From: Okamejei kenojei
Taxonomy: Eukaryota
Length of the DNA stretch: 64,000 nt
Assembly: GCA_035221665.1 (NCBI GenBank)
Contig: CM069150.1
Coordinates: forward strand, 37,138,001-37,202,000
Direction of reading: 5' to 3'
Below are positions 11,344 through 23,869 of the stretch, in pieces. Each line of letters opens with the position of its first letter. Positions within the stretch are counted from its first letter, which is position 1. The position numbers and the translations under genes were made by a program. The notes under the pieces were generated by a model. It did no database searches and had not been told where the DNA came from. It saw only the letters and a list, made by a program, of their open reading frames with translations.

Positions 11344-14300
11344 AAATCGCTGCACTGAAATATAAATTAAATTAAATATACTCAGATCAAGTTGTAAAAC
11401 TCTATCAATACACTAAACAATTACAATTAGAATTTGGAGATAAATCTCAAAAATTATTGGCTCGTCAATTACGGAAAATGGAGGGAGAAAAAATAATCCA
11501 TAGGATTAAATCATACAATGGCGAACCACTAGTACAACCCAAAGATATTAACGAGAGATTTTTGCAATATTATAAAAATTTATATTCAGCTAAAACGACA
11601 GAAAACAGGATAGGAATAGAAGCATTTTTAAAAAAAATGTAATCTAAATGGGTTGGATTCACAAAATAGAGAATCACTAAATGCTGAAATATCAGTAAAA
11701 GAAATCGAAGAATCTATCAGATCATTAAAAAATGGAAAAACATCGGGACCAGATGGTATTGGTTCGGAATTTTATAAACCATTTTATGATCTGATTGCAC
11801 CACGTTTGAAGATACTCTATGAATACATCTATACCCACCAGAAACTACCAGAAACTTTAAATGAATCTATTATAACACTTATACCTAAAATAGACAAAGA
11901 TCTGGATGACCCAGGATCATATTTAGCTATATTTAAGAGTGAGTTGGATGTGGCCCTTGTGGCTAAGGGGATCAGAGGGTATGGAGAGAAGGCAGGTACG
12001 GGATACTGAGTTGGATGATCAGCCATGATCATATTGAATGGCGGTGCAGGCTCGAAGGGCTGAATGGCCTACTCCTGCACCTAATTTCTATGTTTCTATG
12101 TTTCTATATAGAGCTATAGCTCTTTTAAATACTGATCAAAAGATACTAACCAAAATATTAGCACAAAGACTAAGCACAGTTATTAATAAATTAATTCACC
12201 CGGATCAAACAGGATTTATACCAAAACGATATTCCTCATATAAGCTGAGACAATTATTCAATATTATGTATTTGAAAAGAGGTATTAATAAAGACCTAGT
12301 AATTATATTGTTAGATGCGGAGAAAGCTTTTGACCAGGTGGAATGGTCTTACTTGTTTTCGGTTATGGAAAATTTTAAGTTGGGAGAGAAGTTTATTACT
12401 TGGGTTAAATTATTATACACTAATCCAACAGCCAGAATAGTAACAAATCAAATGCTATCAACTAAATTTAATTTATTCCGAGGCTGCAGACAAGGTTGTC
12501 CTTTATCCCCGCTATAGTTTGCACTTGCAATAGAACCATTAGCTCAACTTGTGAGATTACATCCTGAAATATATGGGTATGACACCAGAGATACTGAAAA
12601 TAAAATCTCCTTATATGCGGATGATGTATTACTTTATATTACAAAGCCGGAAATTAGTATTCCAAATTTAATAAAATTAATAACTGAATTTGGATTATTT
12701 TCAGGATATAGTATTAATTGGAATAAAAGTGAACTTATGTCAATAATGGTAAATAACTTACATATATTACAACAATTTCCTTTTAAGATAGCAAACGAAA
12801 AAATCAAATATCTTGGAATTTATGTAACAAAAAGATTCGATTCTTTATTTAAATCCAATTTTCCACTTTTATTCCACTTAAATAAGAATATTTTATATTG
12901 GAAAGCATTACCTATTTCAATGCTAGGTAGAATTAATGCAATAAAAATGATTTTTCTCCCGCAATTACTATATCTCTTCCAATTGATTCCGATATATCAT
13001 CCTAAAAATTTCTTTAAGAACGTTGATTCTATAGTCACCAACTTTATCTGGGATTATAAGAGCCATAGAATAAATAAAAAACATTTATGTAAATCAAAAA
13101 TAAATGGAGGTCTAGCACTGCCAAACTTTATGTTTTATTACTGGGCAGTTAATATTAAAAATATGAATTTTTGGTTAGTAGAGACAGATAAACAACCAAT
13201 CTGGTTAAAAATGGAAAAAGAAGATTGTTCGCCTTTTGAAATTAGCTCGATTTTATTCGCTAATATTAAACTCGGTAAGAAAATCTATAGTGAAAATCCT
13301 ATAATAGAAAGTGGGATATGTATCTGGAAACAAATAAAGAAAACATTAAAATTGAAATGTATACCACTAGCCCTTACCATTGTAAATAACGTTACATTTA
13401 AACCTTCAATGATGGACAAAGGTTTTTTACAATGGAAAAACGATGAAATTAATAAGATGGGCGATCTCTATAGGGAAAACTCCTTCATGTCATTTCACGA
13501 ATTACAACAAATTTATGGATTACATTCAAAAGATTACTTTAAATATTTACAAATTTAGAGACTATGTAAAAGCAAACACACAAGAAATCAGAAATAGAAA
13601 GACAGAAATTTTAGATGAATGTCTAAATAAACACCCGAACACAGAAAAATTGATATCATATATTTATAACATTTTATTGGAAAACGATGTCCCAATGACA
13701 GAAATATATAGGCAATCATGGGAAAACTAATTAGGCCAATTAATCAGAGTAGAAGTATGGGATGAAAGTTTACAACATATACACCATTGTTCATTAAATG
13801 CTAGACACTCTCTTATACAATTTAAAATATTACATAGATTACATTATTCAAAATCCAAATTACAGAGTATTTTTTCAAATGTATCTGCCATATGTGATAA
13901 TCGTCAGCACTTAGAAGCTAACTTAACGCACTCATTTACAAATTGTATAAAAATTACTAAATTTTGGACAGAAATATTTAAGATAATTTTGAATGTTGTT
14001 AATATGAATCTGATCCCCTACTCAAAATTAATAATATTGGGAATATTAGAAACAGATCAATTAATAACAACGAATCAAAGAATTTTTATTGATTACAGTT
14101 TAATAATTGGGAAAAAATTAATATTGAAATTCTGGAAAGGTCCTACATCCCCCACAACCAAAATGTGGATTACAGGAATGTCGGAGACACATCATCTGGA
14201 AAGATTAAGGCTTGTCCTACTGGACAAGTTGGATCCTTTCAGAGGGATATGGTCTCCATTTATTGAATATTTAAAGGGTCAAAATGGCTCGGTGCGAGGG

Positions 14301-14575
14301 CCTGACTGAAGCCTGAATAAAGGAATGGATGAAGAATCATACATAACAAATCATGGATATATCTCCAATGAAGGATAACCTGTTTAACACTCCACTCATT
14401 TTTTTTTGATTTTCTATTTTTACTTTATTTTTCTCTATTTTTTCCTATCTGCAATAAAAACAAAAAAAATGTATAGAAATACAAATAAGACATAACTGTT
14501 AATATTAATAATATTACGAATGTATGTGACAAGTATATTCTTTTAATATGTACTTACGTCTAATAAAAATATTTA
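11344..14575 (+). mobile_element. L1-clade LINE, 5'-truncated, disrupted ORF2
   Basis: 21-bp TSD TCAAATTCCTGGGCGTGCACA (11323-11343 and 14576-14596); DAEKAFD, RGCRQGCPLSP, LYADD motifs; 3' AATAAA. Confidence 0.93.
11923..12105 (+). mobile_element. CR1 3' tail inserted in L1 ORF2
   Basis: ELDVALVAKGIRGYGEKAGTGY plus GAATGGCCTACTCCTGCACC and (TTTCTATG)n; nearly the same as 15441-15625; L1 text resumes ATATAGAGCTATAGC. Confidence 0.9.
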
Positions 14576-15981
14576 TCAAATTCCTGGGCGTGCACATCTG
14601 TGAAGATCTTTCCTGGTCCGAGAATACAGATGCAATTATTAAGAAAGCTCATCAGTGCCTCTACTTCCTGAGAAGATTACGGAGCGTCGGTCTGTCAAGG
14701 AGGACTCTCTCTAACTTCTACAGGTGCACAGTAGAGAGCTTGCTGACCGGTTGCATCGTGGCTTGGTTCGGCAACTTGAGTGCCCTGGAGAGGAAAAGAC
14801 TACAAAAAGTAGTAAACACTGCCCAGTTCATCATCGGCTCTGACCTTCCTTCCATCGAGGGGATCTACCACAGTCGCTGCCTCAAAAAGGCTGGCAGCAT
14901 CATCAAGGACCCACACCACCCTGGCCACACACTCATTTCCCTGCTACCTTCGGGTAGAAGGTACAGGAACCTGAGAATTGCAACGACCCGGTTCAGGAAT
15001 AGCTACTCCCCCACAGCCATCAGGCTATTAAACTTGGCTCGGACAAAACTCTGAACATTAATACCCCTCCATCTGTTATTTGCACTTTATTAATTTATTA
15101 ATTAATGTTTGTATTTACGTATATAATTGTAGTCAATGCCTACTATGTTCTGTTGAGCTATGCAAAGAAAGAATTTCATTGTCCTCACACACACGTGACA
15201 ATAAACTCTTTTGACCTGACTTTGACTTTGATCTTATAGAGACTTACAAAATTCTTAAGGGGTTGGACAGGCTAGATGCAGGAAGATTGTTCCCGATGTT
15301 GGGGAACTCCAGAACAAGGGGTCACAGTTTAAGGATAAGGGGGAAGTCTTTTAGGACCGAGATGAGAAGATCATTTTTCACACAGAGAGTGGTGAGTCTG
15401 TGGAATTCTCTGCCACAGAAGGTAGTTGAGGCCAGTTCATTGGCTATAATTAAGAGGGAGTTAGATGTGGCCCTTGTGGCTAAAGGGATCAGGGGGTATG
15501 GAGAGAAGGCAGGTACAGGATACTGAGTTGGATGATCAGCCATGATCATATTGAATGGCGGTGCAGGCTCGAAGGGCCGAATGGCCTACTCCTGCATCTA
15601 TTTTCTATGATTCTATGATTCTATGATCATAGAGCTTTGGTTCCTTCCTTTGCAGCTTATTTACCTTTGTTTTGTATGCACTTTATAATATGAAGTTACA
15701 GTAGTATGCTACATTTGCTTTACATGTATGACAAATGTTATACTATGATAGGTGAATCCATCGTAATCAGAAATTAGTTTATATCAAAGACTTTGCCAAT
15801 GCATAAGCTCTGAAATTAACTCACTCATGACAGGCAGAAGAAAATCAGGTTCCTACCTTAAGCTTGGCATTCAGATCAACTGCTGATTTCCGTTGGCTTT
15901 GAGGAGGACACTTAAAGATTATGCTGTTGAGCTAAAATCTCTTGCCCTGGCATGGTAAGCGTTTGCTACCTGCCTTGGCCC

Positions 15982-16639
15982 GAAGAGCGGAAGTCGCTGT
16001 CAAAATATGGAGGGGACCGGGGGACAGGGAAGACACAATTTTTTGGCGGCCGCGCGCGCATGCGCACACTCACACACACGTGCACGAGGCTTCGGAGGCT
16101 CAATCCAGCGCTAAATGCAGCTCAACTCTGCCTGTCTCGCCGGGTTAACCTACAGCCCTGACTGGACACCAGCGCTGCTTCTCCGCGCTGCCCATATTTC
16201 CTGCAAGCACAGGCATGTTAACCAGGCAGAGTTGAGCTGGGTTTAGCGCTGCTTCCCTGCGCTGGCTGTGGGCCTGGGGTTACATCTCGCGTCTGACTGC
16301 CGACCTCTCTGGCCACCTGTGGGGGGGCACTCGGGTGGGGATGGGACAGCGCCGGAGACCCGGCCGGCATCAACCCTGGCTGTGGATGAGGCGCAGGTCT
16401 GTGCCACTTCTCCCTCCTCCAAACACCATGCTGAATCATCATGTCCCGCCTCCATTGCCTGCTGACCAACGTCTCTCTCGTCCAATCGGCGACCCTCGAT
16501 CAGCAGTCCCACCTCCACTGTCTCGCGGAAAGCGGAGATTTTAAAATCCGGATTACAAATACTTGGGGGGGATGTCCCCCACCTCTCAAAACATGGGGGG
16601 GACGTGTCCCCTCTGGCCCCCTCAGGTTTTCCGCCCCTG
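15982..16639. mobile_element. Probable non-autonomous hAT DNA transposon, CpG-rich
   Basis: 8-bp TSD CTTGGCCC (15974-15981 and 16640-16647); right end reads CAGGGGCGGAAA on minus; left end GAAGAGCGGAAG is a degenerate match. Confidence 0.65.
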
Positions 16640-17354
16640 CTTGGCCCCAATGTCTACCCTGAATTAGAATTGGCAATAGTTCGTTCATTAAAAACTGAAC
16701 AAAGAATTCATGGATTTAGAGAACTGACAGGGTCATGGACTCCCTCCACAATCCACAAATTAATTACATGTTGTGCTTTCCATAATAGACATTCAGAAAC
16801 TGAAGTAAATGAAGAATATGTAGTTATAAGAGTGTAAGGCAGTAACTCGGCATTATAGTATATTTGGTTCCTCTTCTATGCTTCCATTTGTAGACTCATT
16901 AGGCAGCAGACTCTTATGTTGTGTTGAAGTACACTCTGAAGTGCACCCTTGAAAATTGGAAAGTCGCACTGTGCATAAATAGTGAAAGTCCGCTTTCAGA
17001 GAAAAAAATACATCCTGTTTATTATCTTTATCTATCAATGATTTATGAAGTTGTGAATTTTATTCATGCCATTGACATTACACTTAAATATTTATAAATC
17101 AGAAATATTCCAATAACGAACAAATTAAAGATAAACAAATTTTGAAAAATGTATTGACAGTTCATTTAGGGTGTGGTCAGTTGTATTGTCATGGTGGAAT
17201 GTTTCCAAAGTAGCTCCCAATATACTCCATTAGACCATATTTCTGATAAACAATTGAAGTTGATGGAAAGGATTGCTGTCCTGAACAGTGATGTGGATCT
17301 GGCAGGAAGAAAACTAGTTCAATGTTTCAACACACCACATGCAACAAGTTTGAC

Positions 17355-17740
17355 AGAAGCAAATTGGAGGAATAGCACCTCATGTTTCGCTTGGGCAGTT
17401 TGCAACCCTGCGGTATGAAATTGATTTATCTAATTTCAAGTAACTCTTGCATTCCCTCACTCTCTGTCCCTCCCCCACGCTAGTTGTCTTGCAAGTTTCA
17501 CTGTTTATATCCCTTCATTATCACTTCTTTCACAGCCAAGAATGGACCATTGTGGCCTTGACCTTTCTTGAGTCATCGATGCCTGCTGTGATTTGTTCTG
17601 AATCTTTTCACACCTCTAGTTTCCCTCTCCCCTGACTCTCAGTCTGAAGAAAGATCTCGACCCAAAACATCATCAATCCCTTTTCTCCAGAGATGCTGCC
17701 TGACCCACTGAGTTACTCCAGCATTTTGTGTCAATCTTCA
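17355..17740 (+). mobile_element. Penelope-like 3' fragment
   Basis: AAATTGGAGGAATAGCACCTCATGTTTCGCTTGGG, then CTGAAGAAAGATCTCGACCCAAAACATC and the shared tail. Confidence 0.8.
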
Positions 17741-18491
17741 GTTCAATGGTACTTTATTGTCATGTGTATCTAAGTATTCTGAAAGTCTTTTTTTGCATAT
17801 AGTTAAATGACAGTCCTGCTATACATTAGGAACAATCATACTAAGAATAAAGGTGTAAGATTGTAGACTATACTGAGTCAGTAAGCAAGAGTTGCCACAT
17901 TTTAGGAACCATCCTGTCCCCGTCATTGTGGATACTGCCTCTTGATGCTGAGACTGTAATGCTCTGATCAGTGTACATGATTGTTACAGGTTAAAAAATA
18001 GCCTGGAACATAATGAAGTTTCCTATCAACAAACCTGTTATTTAGAGCATTGTAAATACGTTAAAATTGGCATTGATTTGCAGGATTAGATTCAGCAATT
18101 TGCTTTATACAATATAACCTGGGGTTAAATAGAACACTGCCAGAAAATATAAGCATCTTTCATCCATACTTGGGTTTACAAAGTATTTTCTCTGAATTTG
18201 TTTGTGCTTCCTACCAGAGTAATTTCGAATGGGAGTTTAACATTGAGGTTTTACACCCTCTCTAAACCTATTTGCTCATACATATGCAAAACAGTACTGC
18301 AGTCTTTAAACAAGCAAACTTAAATAAGCAAAGAGGAAGACAGGGAGAGTCAGCAAGAAGCATTCTTTATGCATTTATTTCAGTCTCCTCTTGTTACTTA
18401 GGCAGTGAAAAAGCATTTTGTATTCAATCGTTTGTCATGAATTCCTTGACACCATATTTGCAAGAATAGTGAACAGAAAAGAACTGCAGAT

Positions 18492-19618
18492 TGTTAAAGA
18501 AGGAACTGTAGATGCTGGAGAATCGAGGGTACACAAAAGGCTGGAGAAACTCAGCGGGTGCAGCAGCATCTAAGGAGCGAAGGAGATAGGCGACGTTTTG
18601 GGTCGAGACCCTTCTTCGAACTGGTCAGGGATCAGGGAAACGAGAGATATAGCCGGTGATGTGGAGAGATAAAGAACAATGAATGAAAGATATGCAAAAA
18701 AGTATCGATGATAAAGGGAACAAGCCATTGTAAGCGATTTGTGGTGTGAAAATGAGAAGCTGGTGCGACTAGGGTGGGGGAGGGAGATAGAGAGAGAGGG
18801 AATGCCAGGGCCCGAGGGCTGAGGGAGAGGTGGGAAGGGGAGGAGACAGCAAGGGTTAACAGAATTGAGAAAATTCAATGTTCAAGCCCAAAGGATGCAG
18901 ACTCCCCAAGCGGAATATGAGGTGCTGTTCCTCCAACTTGTGGTGTTGCTCACTATGGCCGTGGAGGAGGCCCAGGACCGAGAGGTCGGATACGGAATGG
19001 GAGGGGGAGTTGAAGTGCTGAGCCACTGGGAGGTCAGGTTGGTTAATGCGGACGAGCGAGACCAAGCGGAGGCTTGGCGATCGTTTCGCCGAACTCCTCC
19101 GCTCGGTCCGCATTAACCAACCCGACCTCCCGGTCAGCACTCAGCACATTCCGTATCCGACCTCTCGGTCCTGGGCCTCCTCCACGGCCAGAGTGAGCAA
19201 CACCACAAGTTGGAGGAACAGCACCTCATATTCCGCTTGGGAGTCTGCATCCTTTGGGCTTGAACATTGAATTTTCTCAATTCTGTTAACCCTTGCTGTC
19301 TCCTCCCCTTCCCACCTCTCCCTCAGCCCTCGGGCCCTGGCATTCCCTCTCTCTCTATCTCCCTCCCCCACCCTAGTCGCACCAGCTTCTCATTTTCACA
19401 ACACAAACAGCTTACAATGGCTTGTTCCCTTTATCATCGATACTTTTTTGCATATCTTTCATTCATTGTTCTTTATCTCTCCACATCACCGTCTATATCT
19501 CTCGTTTCCCTGATCCCTGACCAGTCCAAAGAAGGGTCTCGACCCGAAACGTCGCCTATCTCCTTCGCTCCTTAGATGCTGCTGCACCCGCTGAGTTTCT
19601 CCAGCCTTTTGTGTACCC
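18492..19618. mobile_element. Young Penelope insertion forming a ~1.1-kb inverted repeat
   Basis: Arms ~18527-19050 and ~19052-19618 are reverse complements (mirror ORFs 18570-18878 and 19267-19575); 14-bp TSD AAAGAACTGCAGAT (18478-18491 and 19619-19632). Confidence 0.92.
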
Positions 19619-19959
19619 AAAGAACTGCAGATGTTGGTTTATACTGAAGATAGACACAAACTGCTGGAGTAACAGCATCTCCTGGGATAAAAGGATGGGT
19701 GACGTTTTGGGTCGGGATCCTTCTTCAGACAGAGCAACAACAGCGTACTGATTGAATTGAACCGCAGTGGATTGATTTTCTTTATTTTAGAGATATTAAT
19801 TGTAAAATCTGCAAATGCATATGTATGCAACTATTTTTAGTGCAAACCATGTCATCCCATTTACATGTCAGCATGACATCAATTTGTCTTCAAATATATT
19901 TCTTGAGTAAATAGTTCAAATGCTTTTTTATTCAGTTCCAGCCACTCAGTGTGCAATGG

Positions 19960-20093
19960 GAGGTGGAAGATTGCAACCTTCACGTGGTCCGCCCTGTTTT
20001 GACTAATGCAATCTACTCGACCTGTACAAATGGAAGATCAAATAGAACAAGTTGTCCTACAACTTTAGGCTGTGCACGCCACACGAAAGAAGA
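19960..20093 (+). mobile_element. 134-bp retroposed insert with a GAA-repeat end (possibly Vingi/RTE-type)
   Basis: 12-bp TSD AGTGTGCAATGG (19948-19959 and 20094-20105); ends CGCCACACGAAAGAAGA. Confidence 0.7.
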
Positions 20094-22189
20094 AGTGTGC
20101 AATGGTATTTCTCATTGAGCCTTTTCAGTCAGCATATCCCTCGACATACGTAACTGGATCTTAGAGTTTCCTGGTCTGCAGTTATTAATCGTGGACAGCT
20201 CCTTGCTCTGGAAGACCAGTAGGTTTTGGGCAGACCTTCAGGCAAATCTCTTTGACTGTCCTGATCACTTTCCAGCAGTTGTTTATGCATGCTATCTTTT
20301 AATCCATTTTAGTGTAATTTAACCAATCTAAACTCATATCTCAAACAGTATAGGAAGGAACTGCAGATGCTGGTTTATACCGAAGATAGACACAAAGTGC
20401 TGGAGCAACTCAACAGGTCAGGCAGCATCTCTGGAGAAAAGGAATAGGTAATGTTTAGGGTCTGGACCCTTCTTCAGAATGGTTAGGTGGTAGATACATA
20501 AACATATTTTACTTCGGAGTCACGTGAGTGACTACGTGAAGAAGAGCCCGCCTCACGCTGGTAACGGCATGACGTCGACGCTGACGGCGGAAGGAGGAGC
20601 TGCAGTAAGGAGCAGCTCCTCGCAGCGGTCGGAACGGCCCGCAGGTAAGAACAGTAAAGTTGGGATTTCTTAGCGGGCGCTGGGTAGGTCCAGCAGTATA
20701 GGAAATAATTAAATCAGGTCAGAGTCATATTAGTGCTGGATAAGCACAGATGATGAAGTAAACATATATTCGCGGGTTAAATGCTTCCTGGGGTGAAAAA
20801 TAAATATACGGGAAAGCTAGTGCGGAGCCGGTTCCGATACCGGTGGCCATAGATATACCGTTAGCGAATTAGTTTACAAAATGATAACCACGGAGAGAAA
20901 TGCTCCCGAATATGAAAAATGGAAAATAAAATAAAATAAAAAATCTGAGAGGCCCGTGGTTCTGATGACTCTGACATTGAAAAGTCCTCCAGATAAGTAA
21001 ACTATGTGGAACTGATTATGGAGCATATGGAGAAAGTTCTCCAAATAATTATGAGACTAGGGTCAAAGTACCCTGAAGGTTCCTAAGAATAGCCCTGAGG
21101 GGTTTAATTATTCTGAATATGGCCATGGGCCTAATTGGAAGTTGGAACTCCGGACCCAGGATTTGGGCCGGAAGAAGTCTCATGGGATGAAATCCCAATT
21201 GATTTAGGGCTGCAGAAGGCAGACCCTGTTGATGGTGATTTGCATTTTGAAAGCACACCACAAAATAAAAATAAAAATAAAATGAAAAAATATTAAAAGA
21301 GGCCAAAGATGCCTGGAATAGCAAAAGGTTTTGCTATATATGAAGGAAGTGGTGAGGCTATGGAAGAAAACCTAGCTGCCAACATATATATATGGTATCT
21401 CACCAACTTCATGATTCTGTGATGGTTGAAATATTAAAATTGCACAGCACAGGAAATTGTGCCTCATTGGAAGAGCCTACGGTTTATCCGTTAATATGGG
21501 CATCCATGACTCCAAATATGAGAGCGTCAAATAGTGAGGTTTAAAAATCCTCACAAATTAGTCTGCTGCTATTATGGCTTTTGGGCAGATGAAAGGAAAA
21601 CATAAAATAAAGACGCTATTGTGCAATTCTTTCTATGAAATTTTGTATAAATAAATGGCTATTTGGCCCATTTTTCACCCAAGGTTGCATACCTGTGTCG
21701 AGCAAGTGGTGTTTAAGCTCTTGGTTATCTGTTTGGAGTAATCTGCCTAACTTATTGAAATTGGATGAAAAGCTAAATATTTTAGCTGCATGAAACCTTC
21801 GTCTTTGGACGAAAAGGTATTTTCGCCCAGAAGGGGATTTGATATTGGAAATAGAGGCAGAAATATGTCAAGGAAGTTTTATTGTATTGCACAACCAAAT
21901 ACTTACCCGAATTCAGGGGATAAGGAGACCACCACGCTCATATGCAGAGGAATTAAAGACTTGTTCTCTGCTTAAAGAAAACTGCGGATTAATCTCCAGT
22001 TAGAGGGAGATTACAAAAAGTTTATTAAGACTGGCTTACTATTATTTTTGATCAGTATATTACGAGCAGTTTCATTAACTACTATTACTTTTAAAAAAAG
22101 AGGTTAATCCTCCTGTACAGAATAAACCTGCTTATGTTTTCGTGTTTTCTGCAATTGAAAAAGCAGAGATTTATGTCCACATTGCCTAA

Positions 22190-23010
22190 TTATCTGGAAA
22201 AGGGGTAATGGAAAAGATTTTGAACACGAGCATAAATTTGTCTTTAATGTTAGAAGGCATTACAGATGATGGTTGCAGAAGTATTCTGGACCTTACAGGT
22301 CTAAATAAGTTTGTAGAATACAAACATGTTCAAATGGAGACATTGAATACTGCAAAATATTTAATTCAGCAGGTTGTTATATGGCTAAGATTGATGAAAA
22401 GACGCCTATTATTCTGTACCTATGCATCAGGTTTCGGTGGTACTTAAATTTTAATTGGTTGTGACAATTATGGCAGTTAAGCTTTGCCAAATGGACTGAG
22501 TTCAGCTTTTTACTCTTTACGAAACTGTTGAAACCAGTTTAGCCCAATTAGAGCACAAAATGCACATCATTATGGCTTATCTCAATGACATTCTGGTCAT
22601 TAGTGATTATCAGGAGTCAGCTGAGGACTCAGTTTCAGTTACTAAAGCTTTGTGGTAAGCTAAGGTTCTTAATTCATCTAATTAAGCCCCAGCTGCAGCC
22701 AGCACAAAAAACAATTTACTTTTGGGGTTTGTAATTAACTCAGTGACTATGTTAATACCTTTACCAACAGATAAAGTCGATGATATTTTGGTAACTTGTC
22801 ATTATCTCATTCAAAACCTTATCCTTCCATCCGAGAAATGGTGACAACCATTGGTGAACTGCTAGCAGCATTTCCTGCAGTAGAATTTGGTCCATTACAT
22901 TTATCGATATCTTCGAAGGTACAAGATACAAGCTCTCAAAGAGAAGGCAGGCCATTTGACAGGCCTATGTAATTAACAAAAGAAGCTGTATTGGAATTAC
23001 AATGGTGGGT
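22190..23010 (+). pseudogene. DIRS reverse transcriptase remnant with multiple stops and frameshifts
   Basis: DDGCRSILDLTGLNKFVEYKHVQMETL; later fragments ALPNGLSSA and IMAYLNDILV (YLDD-like). Confidence 0.8.
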
Positions 23011-23022
23011 TAAAAAAGGAAA

Positions 23023-23868
23023 ATGTCCCACAAGCTGCTAATAAATATTATGATTAAACAGCCTGAAATGGTTTTACATACAGATGCTAGTGCTCTCGGA
23101 TGGGGGGCCACAGATTTATCCTCCAGTTGTGGAGGTAGATGGAAAACTGAAGAACAAGTGTTTCTCCAAGAGTATGGTATTAACTATTTGGAGTTATTGG
23201 GGGCCTTTTATGGGCTTAAAGCATATTGTTGTGCTAAACAAGGTCTGCATGTGTTAATACAATTAGACAATAAAACAGCTGTGGTTTACATTAATCACAT
23301 GGGGAGAGTTGGATCAGTATCATGTGATTGTCTGGTCAATGAGATATGGCAATGGTGTATTGGTCGGCAGATATGGATTTCAGTAAGCTATACTCCAGGT
23401 AAAGACAATGTGGTAGCAGATGAAAGGTCCAGGATTTTTAAAGATAATACGGAATGGATGTTTAAGCCAGCAATATTTAAGAATATTGTTAGACGATTTG
23501 GGTTGCCAGAAATTGATTTGTTTGCATCCAGGCTTAATCATCAATTGCCTCATTATGTGTCTTGGGAACACGATCCGGACGCAGTTGCAGTAGATGCATT
23601 TTCATTACACTGGGGAAAAATGTTCTTTTATGCTTTTCCACTATTTGCTCTGATCCAGAGATGCTTGAAGAAAATAGAGCAAGATTCAGCTTCCGGATTG
23701 TTGGTAGTGCCAAATTGGCCAACTCAACCTTGGTTCCCAGTTATGCTGAATATGATTAAAGAACCGTATATGCAGATTCCTAACTGTAGTGATATCTTGA
23801 CTAATCCAGTAACAAATGAAGATTACCCATTATATGCATATATGAATTTGTTAATCTGCAGGTTTTGA
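23023..23868 (+). CDS. DIRS RNase H plus Dam-like adenine methyltransferase-type domain (281-aa open segment)
   Basis: LHTDASALGWGA, INYLELLGA, LDNKTAVVYIN, PGKDNVVADERSR (RNase H); DLFASRLNHQLP.YVSW..DP.A.AVDAF..W..FYAFP..WPTQPWF (DIRS MT domain). Confidence 0.85.
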   Translation: MSHKLLINIMIKQPEMVLHTDASALGWGATDLSSSCGGRWKTEEQVFLQEYGINYLELLGAFYGLKAYCCAKQGLHVLIQLDNKTAVVYINHMGRVGSVSCDCLVNEIWQWCIGRQIWISVSYTPGKDNVVADERSRIFKDNTEWMFKPAIFKNIVRRFGLPEIDLFASRLNHQLPHYVSWEHDPDAVAVDAFSLHWGKMFFYAFPLFALIQRCLKKIEQDSASGLLVVPNWPTQPWFPVMLNMIKEPYMQIPNCSDILTNPVTNEDYPLYAYMNLLICRF

Positions 23869-23869
23869 C

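Larger units (their letters stand above)
11216..15229 (+). mobile_element. Rex1/Babar 3' fragment inserted in the CR1 (11216-11343 and 14576-15229)
   Basis: LNTSKIKELIVDF..FKFLGVH continues as ICEDLSWS..LPSGRRYR; GATCT duplicated at 11211-11215 and 15230-15234. Confidence 0.9.
10598..15625 (+). mobile_element. CR1-clade LINE, 5'-truncated (10598-11215 and 15230-15625); host of the nest
   Basis: GPQLFTIYINDLD..SKFADDTKL..LVRPHL.YCVQFWSP; resumes GATCTTATAGAGACTTAC; ends in (TTCTATGA)n. Confidence 0.92.

Noticed and set aside
10497-11375. 292-aa ORF as a novel gene
   Set aside because: Chance in-frame fusion of a Penelope tail, CR1 RT, Rex1 and L1 pieces across insertion junctions.
16853-17038. 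Possible terminal exon on the minus strand
   Set aside because: No recognisable homology and no partner exons.
18570-19575. Duplicated 102-aa proteins MNFLNSVNPCC...
   Set aside because: Translation of the Penelope 3' repeat in the two arms of the palindrome.
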